A DNA stretch of 64,000 bases from Camelus dromedarius (GCF_036321535.1 NC_087437.1:29080001-29144000); one strand, 5' to 3'. Positions 11,451 to 25,602 are shown, numbered from the stretch's first letter. Translations and numbers: made by a program. The notes: generated from the letters alone by a model not told the origin.

Positions 11451-14400
11451 CCTCTAGGCAATAGGGCCTATCTATAGTGTTTAATCTACTTTATTTTAGC
11501 CCAAGAAACATGGAAAGTGGTTCAAAGAGTACCCAGGAAAGACCATAGAAATTAAAGAACGTGGGCAATCCTGAGCAAAACCAATGGGACATGGGATGTA
11601 TATTACAGCTCGTGGGTTCGCATCAATCTGCAAAGGTCAGTTTACCGTGCACCTTGACTCCCTCCTGACACACTGGGATGTCGTAATATGTATTGGTAGG
11701 GTGCTTCCTTTCCACGAGCTGTGTGTAACTTTTTAACAACAGGATGTGAGTAATTACTCAGTTCATCAGTTTTCTTCCTTGGCTGTTGATTGTTTCCAGT
11801 TTCAGCCAGGGTTTTTCCATTAAAGGGATTAGCTTCTCTACTATTTCAATCAGTAGCTCTGTTTGGAAATCAATGACTAGAAAACATGTCCAGAGGAAAT
11901 AAAGGGCATGTCGCTGGTAAACCCAGAGGGATAATTAAGGAGTGGAACAGACTGAAGCCTGAAGTCGATAAAGGGAACGTTCTCAGCAGTGTCTCTTCTC
12001 TCCTGCTTCTTCCCCGACGTGGCACTCATGCTGACACGTTGGGGCCAGGAGCCAAAACATTGGTCAAATATTGACTTTTCATTGGCAAGACTATCTGGCC
12101 ACACCCTGGTTCAGAGTACCAAAGATCTGCTGAAACCACTGGCATGGTAGATTAAGCCTCATTACTCTGTGTTTAGTCAAGGGATTTAGTAGTGTTATTT
12201 CTAGTTCTTGAACTGGAATGTCATACCTGTTTTCATGGTACTTACTTGGCCTGGTCTTCAATTGTTGAATTCCTGTGGGTAATGAGACAGCTTTCTCTCT
12301 AATCTTAGAAGTATGGTAACGAAGATTCCAGCTGAAATATCCTACTAGCAGGGAGAGTGTGTGTTCGGTTCCCCATGAGAATCTAAAAAGTTTTCATCAA
12401 AAAACTCTGCCAAGTCCCTTGAACCTTCTGAGTTTGCAGTTTCCCTCTCTGTGGAACTCTGGAGGCAGTCTTTTTAAAAATTAGATATCTTACATATGCT
12501 ATATGTGCTTATATAATATACAAATTATATAGAAACATAAACATACATGTGTACCTGAAAACAAGACCTCCCAGCTACATTGTATTCTTTCAAGGATCCT
12601 GTGTCAAGAAACGAAATGTTAAGGAATGGGATTTTTTTTTTTTAAACAAGTTGTTATTAAAGTGTCTTGACTAAAAATTTGTTTTAGGTAGGAAACTTCT
12701 TCTAAAACCTTTTATACAGAGTTAATAGTTGAGTGTTTATACAGAGCTGTTGACTGGTTTTATTATCTATCCCACTGGGAGGTTTGGGTGGAAACAATTC
12801 TAACACACTTGTCCATCCTTAAAGTCTTAAAAATCAGCATTTCCTTAAGCCCAACTGAAACATAGTAAATTCGTTTTGAAAACCTCTAGATTTTTTTTTC
12901 CCCTGAGGGACGGTTTGGACTATCTGGACACGTGGAAACATGTTATTGTTGAAAAGGCATTGCAAATGGCAGGGTTTGCTCCCACCTTGAGTGTTAGTCC
13001 ATGACTTCCCAGCCACCTTACAACAGGGTTCCCTATTAGTAATTTTGCTGAAAGTACTCTGTAAATAAGTGCTACCCTGTACTCTGCCACTTTGATAAGG
13101 AACAGCTAAGCCCTTCAAAATGAGTACCCATCAAATATTTTGGAGTCTTTCACCAAATGTCAACTACCAGGAAGTTATAAAAAACAAGCTTCCAGTCCCC
13201 TTCCTAGGGCTCTCTGCCTCCTCTGTAAGCTTCTTGGGGTTATGGTTCACATTGTTTTGGCTTTTTTTTTTTTTTTTTTTTTACTATTTTTCATTGCAAG
13301 GGACCACAAAATTGCAGTTTGATAAATGCTTGCAAAATTAAATTGCTTCCCTAAACTGATGAGAGAGATCTCTACACCCAAATCACAGTCCAGAAACAGA
13401 GAAAGCCTCAGCACAGGACTAGCCTCTCTTTGCCCTGTGATATCACTGGTGAATTTTAGGAAACATAAAGCTGTAACATACTTTAAAAATGATCGGACAC
13501 TTTTATTTCAGTTTTACTAGAGCTCTGGCTTTTGTGTGATTGAGGGCAGCCCTGAAGAATTCTCTTCACTGTTTTTCTGTCTTATATACAATTTCCTGCT
13601 ATTGCATGATATCAAAGATGTCTGCATTATTACAATTTAGCCATGTTATTGAAGGCACTAGAAAGAATATTTTATGAAAACTTTTGTTTCTATTTTATAT
13701 TTGAGATGCAAGATTACAAAATATAAATTGTTTTCTTTTTTCCTCAATTTTTATTAGCTTCTCATCTATTTCTCAGAGTGAGTTCTCTCAAAAGAGATTG
13801 TTTCAATGACAGGTATCTATTTTTCACCCTTATGACATATGGGCTTCTCTAGACACTATGAAATTTGGGAGATTTATTCTTTCAAATCTCCATCACCTCC
13901 TTACACATAAATGCCTGCCTGGGCCACGTATGGATGAGTGTTTTCCATTTCCTGGGCAGGTCAGAAGTGAATTTCCCTTTTAGCCAGTCAGCATATATGT
14001 AAGGAGCCTCTGTATGTCTACTGTTTCCTAGGAAGCAAATGATTGGAACAGTTTTCTCTTGACATTTTCTAAAAAATATTACAGGTTCCTACCTGTCAAC
14101 AAAATACATGAAATTGGAGCAATTTTGTGAGGCACAAACAGAAGAGGGCTAAAATACTGTCATTGCTAATAAAAAGTATGTATGGTGACAAACAAAATGT
14201 GTCAGCAGGAGAGAATGCAATTTTGCATTCCTCTTACCACATTCGATAGATTATCATACAGTTATGTTTAAGCCAAAGAATCTTGGGTACTTTCAACTTT
14301 CTGTTTAACTCTGGGTTGTACTGGGATTTGGAGCAAATTTAAATATGTACTTTATTCCCTGAGACTGCCTATCAGTGGCTCCTTATTTTATTTTGGTTTA

Positions 14401-15482
14401 TTTTGTTTTATTCTAGGATGTCTAGTATTATTTTTGGCATTATACACACACACACTTAAAATGTATTTCTTCATTAATTCCATAATTAAATAGTGATAGA
14501 AAATTTGTCCTAGGAAATTCTAAAGTGTATAGTGAATGAACTCACAGTCCTTCAGAGATACTATTTTCAAAAATCCCTTAAAACTGACATCTGGTAACCA
14601 TTACATCTTAAACATATTGAAATGAAGTCCATCTTCACATATTTCCAGATGCTTTTCTTTATATTCCTTTTAATGGGCAACGCCACCCTACCAAATGTTT
14701 TACAGCAAGTGTTTTGAAACATATTTAGTGTCTGTAGCAATATTACTTCACGAAGGAAAAATGTGAATTTAGAGAGTTGCATTTTTAACACCGATTTAAT
14801 TAGTTTTATCTTTTCTCCCCCTTGTAAGATAGAAAGACCCGACATTCCACATCATCTGCCCCCCTTTCCCTTCCCACATCCTTCCCAAGTCCTCGGCATT
14901 GACCTTAGGAAGGCTGATCACACTGGAACTTGCAGGTTGGTGAGGCCATTATGGGTCCAGGAGTTAGAAGTAGCCCAGTTCCTCCAGATCTTTGAAGACT
15001 GCCTCATGGAGTAGGAAGCAGACTCCGAAAACCTGCTCGTGAAGCCATTCAGACTCAAACGAGTTGTACCTACCAGAAAACAAACTTACTAATTAAGAAT
15101 GGGGAGGTGAAATGCTGAGGGTACAACTGAAGAATCAGATCTCTGGACAGAGGTTGGTAGACTGCCTCTCTCCCCTCTACCGCTGGCTATCAGGTTCCCT
15201 CAGTTACCATCACTCCATCTTAGAAATTGCTTAGAAAATGGTACCAAATTATGGGTCACTACAGGCCATTTTTCCTAGATTCTAAGGTGTGTACTTCTGC
15301 TCTTTTATTGGTGTCATCACTACACCAGTCATTGCTTCTCAGAGGACTGGCGTAATTGGTCGGGATTCTGTTTCATCATTCATGTTACATTGCTTATATT
15401 CTTGTTTAAAGATGCTCTATCACAATAAAAACTAAAGTTACCTGATCTTAAATGTAAACGTAGGTGGAATTAATGTATGTAT

Positions 15483-15897
15483 TGTGGAAGGATTTCAGTC
15501 AAAAATGGAACCAGAGGCTACAGAATGGGAGAAAATATTTGCAAATGAGACCGACAAAAATGGAACCAAAGGATATGAAATGGAGAATCTCAGGCATCCA
15601 CCCCCAGAACGGAGCTTGAGAACTGACTGGCTGATTTCCCTTAAGTGCTGGATTTACGAAAGACCGAGACTTACCGCCTGAACCATGAACATCTGCCAAG
15701 AATCTCTTCCCCATCTTCGAGCCAATGAACTTACTGCTTAAACTCTAGCCAGATTTTCCTCTCTTCGCACTGCTTGTCCATAAATACAGCCCCTGTTCCC
15801 ACCCCAAACTCTCAAGGGGCTCACCTGTAACTTGGAACAGCAAGCATTTCCTAAATTGCAATTCCTTGCCTCAGTTTACCTCTTCATTTAGGTCATT
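15483..15897 (+). mobile_element. Probable ERV1-type solo LTR
   Basis: TG start, CATAAATAC TATA-like box, TTGCAATTCC and CATTTAGGTCA end resemble old ERV1 LTRs; family not identified. Confidence 0.4.
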
Positions 15898-18800
15898 AGT
15901 ATATACCCATATAACGGTCACCCCGCCCCAGATAGTGAACATGTCGAGCACTCCGAAGGTCTCCTCATGACTCTCTGGGCCATCCCTTTCTTCAACTAGA
16001 ACCTCTATTTAGACTATTTCCCTGGTTGAGCTGATCGTGTTTTAGTTGACTCATCTTGATCTTATTCAGGAAAGTGCTTTAACCTCATCTGAGTCCCAAT
16101 TCTCTTACGGAATAGATTAATTCCTGGAAATTTTCCTGTCAAAGATAAGCCTAACTGCACTATGTGGAGTCTCCCTAAAGTAGAAAAATGAATATGTTTT
16201 TAAATTGTCTTCCTAACTTCTCCTTGCTGTACATCTAGCCCTGATTTCCATGTGCAGTTACCTGCCTTCCCACCCCCTTATCTTATAGCTGTCATCTATC
16301 TCTCAGGTGCTGCAATAACAACTCAGGAGAGAGGAACTGAGCCTGGCCGTGGAGAGGAAGGTGAGGGAGGAGCCTGCTGAGGACAGTAACAGCTGATAGC
16401 ATGGATTAGGGAGGCAGAGGAGCTGAAGGTCCACTAAAGGGGTAATGACTCAGAGCTCTGCAGCACTCACCAGTCTCAATGAGCCCATTCACTCAATGGT
16501 CAACACTTGCTTAACGAACAAGTTTTTATTGATCATAGGATCAGTGTTAAGTGTTGCCGTATTGTATTTGTGTGGCAAACCATTCAGCATCTTCCCTTCT
16601 TGGAATTATCTTCTTATGTCTGTTGTCAAAGCTTGCCTTTCACTTTGAAACCTACTACTTGAAAGCACTACTAGAAACCATTTTCCGGCTAACCTGCTAG
16701 CCGAAGCTGGATTGACTGATGCCAGAAACCATTTGGAAGTCCCTCAGACAGAGCTACCCAAATGAGGAGAACCTGGGGCCCCTTTCTTCTAGGCCAATGA
16801 ATAAATAAATACTTTGATCAACAGTTTGTAGTAATGGTTTAAACGATGTCCATACTGAATATCTATGAGTCAGAGTATTCTAATAGACTATTAACATCTT
16901 TGTATAAGCAGTTAAGGAGAAATATTTTGTAAATGAAATATTTTCTAAGTAGTTTTACCTTTGTACTGCTTTCCTTTCTAAAGTGTTAACACTTCTCATA
17001 AGTTCTTCTTTTTCAGGAGAAAATTTACCCCTAAGTTAAAAAATTAAAGCAGACAATTCTAATTGTTTCATACAGCAGAACTCTCTAACTTCAGAGTTTG
17101 TTCTTGGAGTGTTCGAGAAATACTGCACATCAAATTGATGCCATAGAGGGATGTAATATATATGTAGATTTTTTAATGTCATCAGTGTCCCAACCCAATT
17201 TTAAGGAAGTCAGAGTTTGCAGGTAAATCAATCTAATAATTTCCTCTTTTTAAACTAAAATTAGGTTCACTGAACAACTTGTTAAACTTGGTTGAACAGC
17301 TAGGTTAAGTAAATATTCTCAGGAACAATCTTTAAGGGGAGAAAACTTCAGAAAGGGTTAATGTGACCACCCAGAGCCTGTGCATATATAGAAGAGGAAG
17401 AAATTATTCTATTTCTCTGATGTGGTGATTAATGTTTACAGCTCCATTGGACTACTTCTCGTCCGGTAGTCACCTCTGTAATTACTACCTGGCTTCCAAA
17501 TGTCTATGAAAAGCCCTCACTACTCTGTTGGCATGGGGTGAATCTGACTGTAATATCCACACCGATATTGTAAAGGGGTGCTCTTGTGTGATCATGGGAC
17601 TAAAGGAAGAGTGGTGAGATTTAATCATGGGTGGCAAAAAAAAAAAAAAAATTGGAGGTAAAAGTAATCTGCAAAAAGGAATTCACAGAAGGTGCTGAAG
17701 GGAAGAAAGGAACTAGAGATAAAGCTAAGAAACTCTTCTTAAGAGGAAAATCCTTTAAGGACAGATCCTAAAGCACATTTAGAAAGAATGTCAGAGACCC
17801 TGACATCTCACCAAATGCCAGAGGGTGTGGAGATGTGAGTGGACCAGGTAATAACCAATAGGAGCAACTGGTACAGGCCTTCCCTTCTAAAGCCTGAGCC
17901 AGTACCTACTGCGTGCCTTTGGGCTCTCTTGAGAACCCTGAGTCAATAGCTTTCCCTTTGTAAGTCTTAAGACTCCATCTGGAGCCCAAATATCTGCCCC
18001 ACACCCCACCCCCTTCTGGTGGTGATGGGACAAGAATGCACGGAGCTACAAGAGAGTGAAGTAGGCACACAGTTTGGCGTAACCTTTTGATACTGTGTCG
18101 TAACTTAGAGAATGTTGCCCCAAGGGTACAGTGTATGAGGTTCAGCAAAGGAAACTCTTGCAGAGAAGTCCGGTGAAACTGCCCCGCCCGGCCCCTATGA
18201 CACACACGACAAGGTGTGTTACAGAAACCGACAGGCAGTTAGGGAAAGCATGACCAAGCGTCACCGAGGCGGAAGCTGGCGGGGAGGAAATCCCCAACGT
18301 GTTCTGTCAGGTCAGCAGTCTGCGTGGCCGCAAACAAGTAAGACTGCAATGCTGTGAGGTAATCCTAGTCTGACTCAGCCCTTTATCAGTAGCTTTCAGG
18401 TCATTTTCATGAAACTTCTGTTGAGCAAATAAAACAGTTTCACAGTGATTCCAGAGTTAAATGTTATGTCTCTGCTTATCCAGTCCTCTACTTATCCTTT
18501 CTTTATTTGCTTTTCTTGAAATAAATCCGGTCACAATGTAAAGCAGTGGGAAAGAAAACAGGGAGGAAACTGTGTCAGCCTCCTCTCTTTCTGTCCCTGT
18601 GATCCCTCTGCCTGAGGCCACATTCTACAGGAGCAGATGCTTGGGAAATCAGGTGAGAGGGAGAGAGGAGATAAAGCATTTTAAGAGCAGAAGCAACCTG
18701 CCAAATCACTGCATTCAATTCCCTTAAATTTACAGATGAGAAACACAAACGTCCAGCACGGAAGAGTGACCTGCTTAAATTACACAGCAGGTTAGTGGAA

Positions 18801-21111
18801 GAACCTGAATGAGAATGCCCATCTTTTGATCCCTAATCTTAGTCTAAAAGTTTTTAAAGCTGAGAGAGGCTTCAGAAATGACGAGGGCACAAGAGCTTTC
18901 AAGTTCTACCAACGTTTTCCAAGGAAGTCTTTTTCTAGGGTGTAAACCAGCAGAAATGGCATCATCTTTGCTTTGGGACTGGAGCCAGCCGACCCTCAGT
19001 CCCAGAGCTTTGCCCTCCAGAGGTGGCCATGGGAACACGGCTCACTCCTAAATGCTTTGAAACCACTTTTGTCTTACTTTTGAGAGCTCTGAGGCCCAGC
19101 GAGGCAGTGTGGTATGCCTAATCTCCAGGACACTGAACAGGAAAGGTTAGAACCCAGACAGGCGGCCTTCAAGCTGTACACGATGGAAACGCTGAGAATT
19201 AAAGTTGAGTTCTGAATGTAACTCCTGGAGGCCAAAGAAAAAGGGGAAACACAGTTCACACTGTCCGCAAGGAGAAAATGTCCCAACTCCTCAAGAGAAA
19301 GTTACTGTGCTCAGTGCTGCCAACCCTCCTCCCCTCCCTAAAATCAAGCTCAGAGTTCTTATTACTGTACATCTCACAAGTCATATACTTAGTTCAAGTG
19401 TGAACATCTGGAGTGAGGTTCTAGAAGTTTCTCTACCCCTCAGTACACATATGTATCTTTTTTTTAATGGGATTTAGGTTATAAAACTCTTAAGGCTACG
19501 GGAATATGTAGAAGCAAATCAAAGGTTCTCTCAGTTACCCATCATTTAATAAGGGCCAGATTTCTTTTATAAAACTTAGAGAATCTATCTGAGATGATCT
19601 GGCTTCTATTATATGCATGCATGAAATTCATTTTAGGGCTCTTAAAGATTATTCAGATTTATAGCCAGTCACCTTCTTGGAGAGGTCACTGGTGAACCAT
19701 CCCTCACCCGTTCCCCACTGAACACTGAAGATAGACATGCACTTTGCACTAAAATGCTGCCATACATGGAGAAAACAAGTCATGGTTTTACAAACAGGCA
19801 GCAAATCTCCATAGAAGCCACAGAGATACATTTATGAAACCGTGGCCAGTGAATCACCTGACAGCACCAGGAAGACTAGCTAGTACGCTGTATGTTTAAG
19901 TGAATTTAAATAAGTCACCTAAGTTTATTAGCCTTTCTTTATCATGACCTGCTCCCCAGCACAGCTCCTGACCAAAGAGCACAACGCATTAGCCGGATTT
20001 CACCAGGGCAGGGTCAACTTCATAGTCGTGTCATCCTTTGAGTGAGAGTACAGTTTTTTCTTTTCATGGAACTTCCTCCTAAAAGAGTGAATCCACAGTG
20101 TCCTGTGATTCTTGAACAGCAAGTTTCCTTGGCATCAAGGTCACCCTTCTCTCCGGACTCTGCGGTTGAAATCAGTGTGGGCCTGCCTGCAAGGGCACTT
20201 GGGCATGCTCTCATTAGCACGTGTGGAAGCTCAAACCCCATTTAAGTTGGGAGAAACTGGGCTCTGGAGACTCAGATCTATGTAGGACGTCTCTTGAATC
20301 TTAGGGTTAAAAGGCACATTTGTGTCCTGTTGACTATAGCTGAATTTTAGAGTTAAATTCCAAGACCTCTGGCATTTCTAGGAAACAGTTCAGCTCCAAA
20401 TAATAGGGTGTGGTGTAAGGCCTTCAAGTGAGCAGAAAGGGTATCAGTCAATGAAATGCATTGCTGGAGGAGAAGGCCCTGTCCTGGGCGTGGAATCTGG
20501 GGAGGTTGCCACTCTTCCTGGGTGCTTGCCTTGATGCAGAAGTGAAACCACATGGTGGAGTCACCCAGCTTCTATGTGGGCCGAGCATCTGCCATGCTCT
20601 GGAAGCCAACCAGAGATTAGAGAACTCACGGGAAAATTAATGTCCATAAGTAGTGCTATTTCTGTTCTGTGTGCCTTTCTGTGCATGGTCTGAAACCTTG
20701 TAAATGGCTTTTTTCACTTGTAGTAAGAAATGGGTTTCCTCCATTCTGCCTCATCTGTATAAAGGGATGTGGAAATAAGGTAAGGGGCTTTATCCCAAAG
20801 CTGTAGTCCCAGTTTTAAATTTTTATAATCACTCAACAAATACTTATTAGGTTCCTCATAGTACAACCATGTACTTTCTGATCTGAACATATGCAAGAAA
20901 GATAACATCTCCATCCTCATGAGGCTTATAAATAGGTGAATTAATTTTTTTAAATGGTTATGAAATGTAAAAAAAAAGAAAAGATATTGTGCTTCATTCA
21001 TAATAAAATAAAAAATAATTTTAACAAAAAATAATAAATAAATAAATCTTAAAAATGGTTATGATTTTGATAAGTGCAGTGAAACAAGGTGTTTGCTGAA
21101 ATAGCCTACAT

Positions 21112-21385
21112 CAGGAGGTGACAAACTTCCTGTGAAAAGCTAAAGAGACAGTGTGTGGGTAAATCATCTCTGTGACAACCACTTCATTCTGTCCTTCTAT
21201 CTGTCCTAGATACATGAAAAGCTTGGCTGCGTTCCAATAAAACTTCATATAGAGACACTAAAATTTGAATTTCCTAGGATTTTCATGTCATGAAAGATTT
21301 ATTTATTTTAACCATTAAAAAGTTAAAACCATTCTTAGCTCATGGGCTGTTCAAAAGAAAAAAAAAGGGTCAGATTTGGCTTATA
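21112..21385. mobile_element. MER58B-like hAT-Charlie MITE
   Basis: GGCTGCGTTCCAATAAAACTT...AAAACCATTCTTAGCTCATGGGCTGT motifs. Confidence 0.75.
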
Positions 21386-21394
21386 CACATGCCC

Positions 21395-21747
21395 TGCTGT
21401 GGTCTGAATTTCCCCAAATTCATATGTTGAAATCCTAATGCCCAGTGTGAAAGTATCAGGAAGTGGGACCTTTGGGAGGTGCTTTGGTCCTGAGGGTGGA
21501 GCCCCTGTGAATGGGATTAGTGCCCTTATTCAAGAGACCCCACAGAGCTCCCTAGCTCATTCAACCGTATGAGGATACAATGAGAAATCAGCAGTCTGAC
21601 CTGGATGAGGGTCTTCTCCAGAATCTGACCATGCTGGCACCCTGATCCTGGACTCAGCCTCCAAATCTGTGATAAAATGACTTTTTGCTTTTTATAAGGC
21701 ACCCAGCCCGTGGCATTTTGTTAGAGCAGCCTAAATGGAGGAAGCCA
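21395..21747 (+). mobile_element. MLT1A-like solo LTR
   Basis: TGCTGTGGTCTGAAT...GGAAGCCA; 5-bp TSD TGCCC/TGTCC. Confidence 0.88.
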
Positions 21748-21897
21748 TGTCCTTTGCATTAATACCTGGCTACATGCTTCAGGGAGAAGGGAGTACAGTT
21801 AACTTAGAGCTTGGTATGGCTTCTCTGAAGAGGTGACATCTTAGTGGATGAGAGAAAACCAGCTATGGAAAGAGCTGGAATAAGGATACCCCAGGCA

Positions 21898-22053
21898 GGG
21901 GGAAGGTATAGCTCAGGTGGTAGAGTGCATGCTTAGCATACACAAGGTCCTGGGTTCAATCCTCAGTACCTCCTCTAAAAATAAATAAATAAGTAAACCT
22001 AACTAACTCCCCTCCAAAATTAAAATAAATTTTTAAAAATTAAAATAAAAAAA
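21898..22053 (+). mobile_element. tRNA-derived SINE (camelid vic-1-like)
   Basis: Pol III A box TAGCTCAGGTGG and B box GGTTCAATCC, A-rich tail, and a 16-bp TSD matching 12/16 (21882-21897 / 22054-22069). Confidence 0.88.
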
Positions 22054-23950
22054 AAGAATACCTCAAGAAAGGCAACAACAAATGAAAAGCACCGAAGCAG
22101 TAAGAGCCCCCCAAGCCCCGTATCATACATTGAGATTTATTAAGGAATCAAATACTGAAGCAAAAATCCTTTAAAAATAGGTTTCATTGCATTTGTGGCA
22201 TTGATCTCCAGTAATTAGGTGATAAATATTATAAAAGGGATGGCATAAACATGGCATAAATAATCCTTTAATGAAATTTCACATTTTCTTAGGGCCATCA
22301 TCTCTGGCAAAGAATGATGGGTTGATTTATTTTTTCCCTCTTGTGTATGATTGCTTGGCAGAGGAAGAGAAGAATCATTTCAAATCTCTGTGTTGATTTA
22401 AATGAATTACCCTGTAGAAATGGTAGATATTTTTCTACTGGATGTTTTTACTGGATATCTGTGTCATTGAATGCATACCCATATGTTTGCCAGCCAAATG
22501 TTCTAATTCATTTGGATAGGCATTGTAGAGTGAAACTACATGTAAAGGTAAATAAAATATACTTACTTGTATATACATTTAGAAGTCTATTCATCAATGT
22601 TTTACTTCTATATAAAAGGCTTTTATGTTACCACAGACTTGTAACCTGGCCATCTGGGTAGTATGACAGGATAACATCCATAAAAATAAATGATGAAAAG
22701 AAATGTCCAAATACAGTGTTTTTTTCTGAACCCATACTTCATTTGTGATTTCAAAGCTTGGCATAGGAGAAAAAATACAAAAAAAAAAATTACTTGCAGA
22801 GTCATCTTACATGGAAGGGAGATGATTACTTCTGTCTATATTTTAAATCTGCAACAGAACTCCAAATCTTACCCAGATGCTAGTAAAGAGGAACATTTTC
22901 TTCGTTTTAGAAATAATACTCAGAGAACACACCCATCTGTCTGTTGTAAGAAAATGTCCAAGTCACATTAACATGTTTATCGGAAGAACCTAAAGTATTA
23001 GAGCAAAAATATGCCAGGAACAAAAAAAAGAAAGAAAGAAAAGAAAAAATCAAAGAAAATAGTGGGCAATACTGTTTTAAAATGTGTTTCTGGTGAAAAA
23101 AAAAATGGTATCCAAGTGTCTGTTACATAAAGCGTACCCCATAGCATATTAAACTTATGATCTCAAAGCAGTCTTAAGAAAGATAGCTATGAGATTCATC
23201 TCAGATGTGAAACAGAAAAATGTCGAACGATATCATGACACACTTGGTACCTAATTCAAATTTTCACCAGGTGAATGAACATATCTTAGTTTACAGAAGA
23301 ACATTTACCTTTAGTGTGAGGACTTGCATTGTGTAGGTATTTTGAGTGTTTGAGTTTTATAATGGGTTACGATCATCTTTGGACATAACTTTAATTAAAT
23401 TGAGCAATCACTTATCTAATGCCTGTGGAGTCCCAAAGATAAGGATGAATAAGACTGAAGTATTTCCTCAAGATTTCATGTTCATCAGGAAAAAAAAACC
23501 AAAAAAAACAAACAACCACCTCAAAGAACGCTGGTTTGAGGCAAGAAGTTAAGTGCTATATAATACAGGGAGAAGGTGTGAAGGGAGCAGAGGGAGGGAA
23601 ACGGTGAATTTCTGTGGAAGAAATCTAGGATGTTTCCTAGGTGAGCTGGCACTTGAGCTGGCCCTGCAACAAATGAGGGTACAGGAGACAGCACACAGCA
23701 GAGACATTTTCGTCTGTGGGAAGCCATCTTCTAGGTTTTTAGCAGGAAGTGCTCTGGTCAGTCCTGATTTTTTTTTCTGCATTTTTTAAAAAGTTGTAAA
23801 ATAGAATAAACTTACAGAAAATCACATATATCATAAATGCTTGATTTCAGGGTTTTTCTGCAGCAAATACCTGTATGACTCTTCTCCTCCCAAATATAAA
23901 TCAGTCAATCAAGTAAGCAGGCATTATCAGAATCACAGAAATTCTCAAAT

Positions 23951-24120
23951 CAGGGCTGGCTTCATGGAGGTGCAACATGGGCAGTGGCACAAACCCTGCA
24001 CTAAGCAGGATCCTTGCTCGGTTCCATGCTCTGTTGTTGCATCTTGAAATTCTTAGTAAGTTTGAGCAAGGGACCTTTCCTTTGCCTTTGGCATTGGGCC
24101 CCACAAATTATGGAGCCTCT
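23951..24120. mobile_element. MER91A-like hAT element inside an old antisense L1 fragment
   Basis: CAGGGCTGGCTTCATGG...CATCTTGAAATTCTTAGTAA...GGGCCCCACAAATTATG. Confidence 0.7.
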
Positions 24121-25602
24121 CCTGTCTGAACCATCATTCTGAAACACATCCAAATGTACTGTTCTCCCCGCTAGTGCAAACCATTATTTTTTATTTTCTT
24201 TATAATTTATTCCCTAATTACACATGCATGAACAAAATAGCTTAATTTTGTCTTTTATGAACATTATATAAATAGATTTCTACAGTCTGGCTTCTGTTGT
24301 GTCTGGCTTTTTTCCCTCAACATGATGCGTTTCAGAGTCGTCATGTTGTGATTCACTCATTTTCTCAGTAATATTTTTAACGAGCTCTATCTGCTAGATC
24401 ACGCAGGATGCGTTGGTACCAATGGGGGAAAAGCAAGACTGGAAGCAGAGAGACAAGTTGGGAGGCTGAGCTTGAGGACAATTACAGTGTGAGAGCCTGG
24501 GACCCATAAATAACACTACAGGAAAATCCCTGCCCTCTAGAAACCAGTATTTCAGAGCCCTCAGACTTTTGCAACTACTGCAGATACAGAACAAACTTAA
24601 AAATCCAAAACAACAGCCTCGATGGCAGAAAAACCCCGCTTCGGGGCAAAGAAGCCAGCCCTGAGCATCCAGCAATAAATGACAGTGAAGGCGGTGCCAC
24701 GAACCAGAAATGATTCCTGGCATGCTGTGTTGACCAAGAAAAACAAAAGTGTTCTAATTGTATATGATACACACATATTTATATGTATGTATACACACAT
24801 AAATGTGTGATAGGTACACTTATACACATGCACACTTTTTGGGGCACAGATGAATTAAGGTATTGAAGTAGCAGGAGATGAGAAATAAAATAATTTTTAA
24901 AAAGGAAAAGGAAAAACAGAAGAGACTATTTGAGCCCGTGTAGCAAAGTTTGCAGCAGCTGGGCTGTGGTCATGGAGGCTGTGATGAGAAATGGATGGGG
25001 CGGTGGGAAGGGGCAAGGGTTAGAGACAAAGTGAATAAAACTGGCCAACTCTGCCGAAGGCGGCAAGCAGTCGTCTTCACCACGAGCTCCTGACACAGTG
25101 ATTCAGCAATGAGGGTGTGTTCCCTGAGGGCGGCGTGTTAAAGTCACCACCAGCCTCCTAGTGCAAGACAGGACCTATTTATGGCAATAGAGTGATATTT
25201 TATTTAGTTGGTAACCCACTAAAGACCCATCAGGCCCCACAGTTCAGCATTCTGGGAAAGGCATTCATTATTAAACACAAGTGACCTTAACTAACGAAAC
25301 CATCCCTGGTGCTAAGGCCATGCGACAGAGCCCACTATGTTCAATGACATGCATTCCAGGACGAGTGAAAAGCAAAGGGCAAGGACTTTTTTAAAAAACT
25401 ATGCTCATCTAAAACAAACAAAAAAAGAGTTCTGAAGAGGGTAAACATGTAGAAATGATCACAAACAAATAGTATTCATTAAATTAACATTTTCTTTGAC
25501 CTCATTATGTTACAAGAACTGTTTCCTGAACATTATCATTAGCCTCACAATCACCACTTATACCCCCAGTTTATAAATGATAACATTGACGTTTAAAGAA
25601 GT

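Noticed and set aside
21898..21975. tRNA-like sequences (also 54705 and 56900)
   Set aside because: They have A-tails and TSDs, so they are SINE heads, not tRNA genes.
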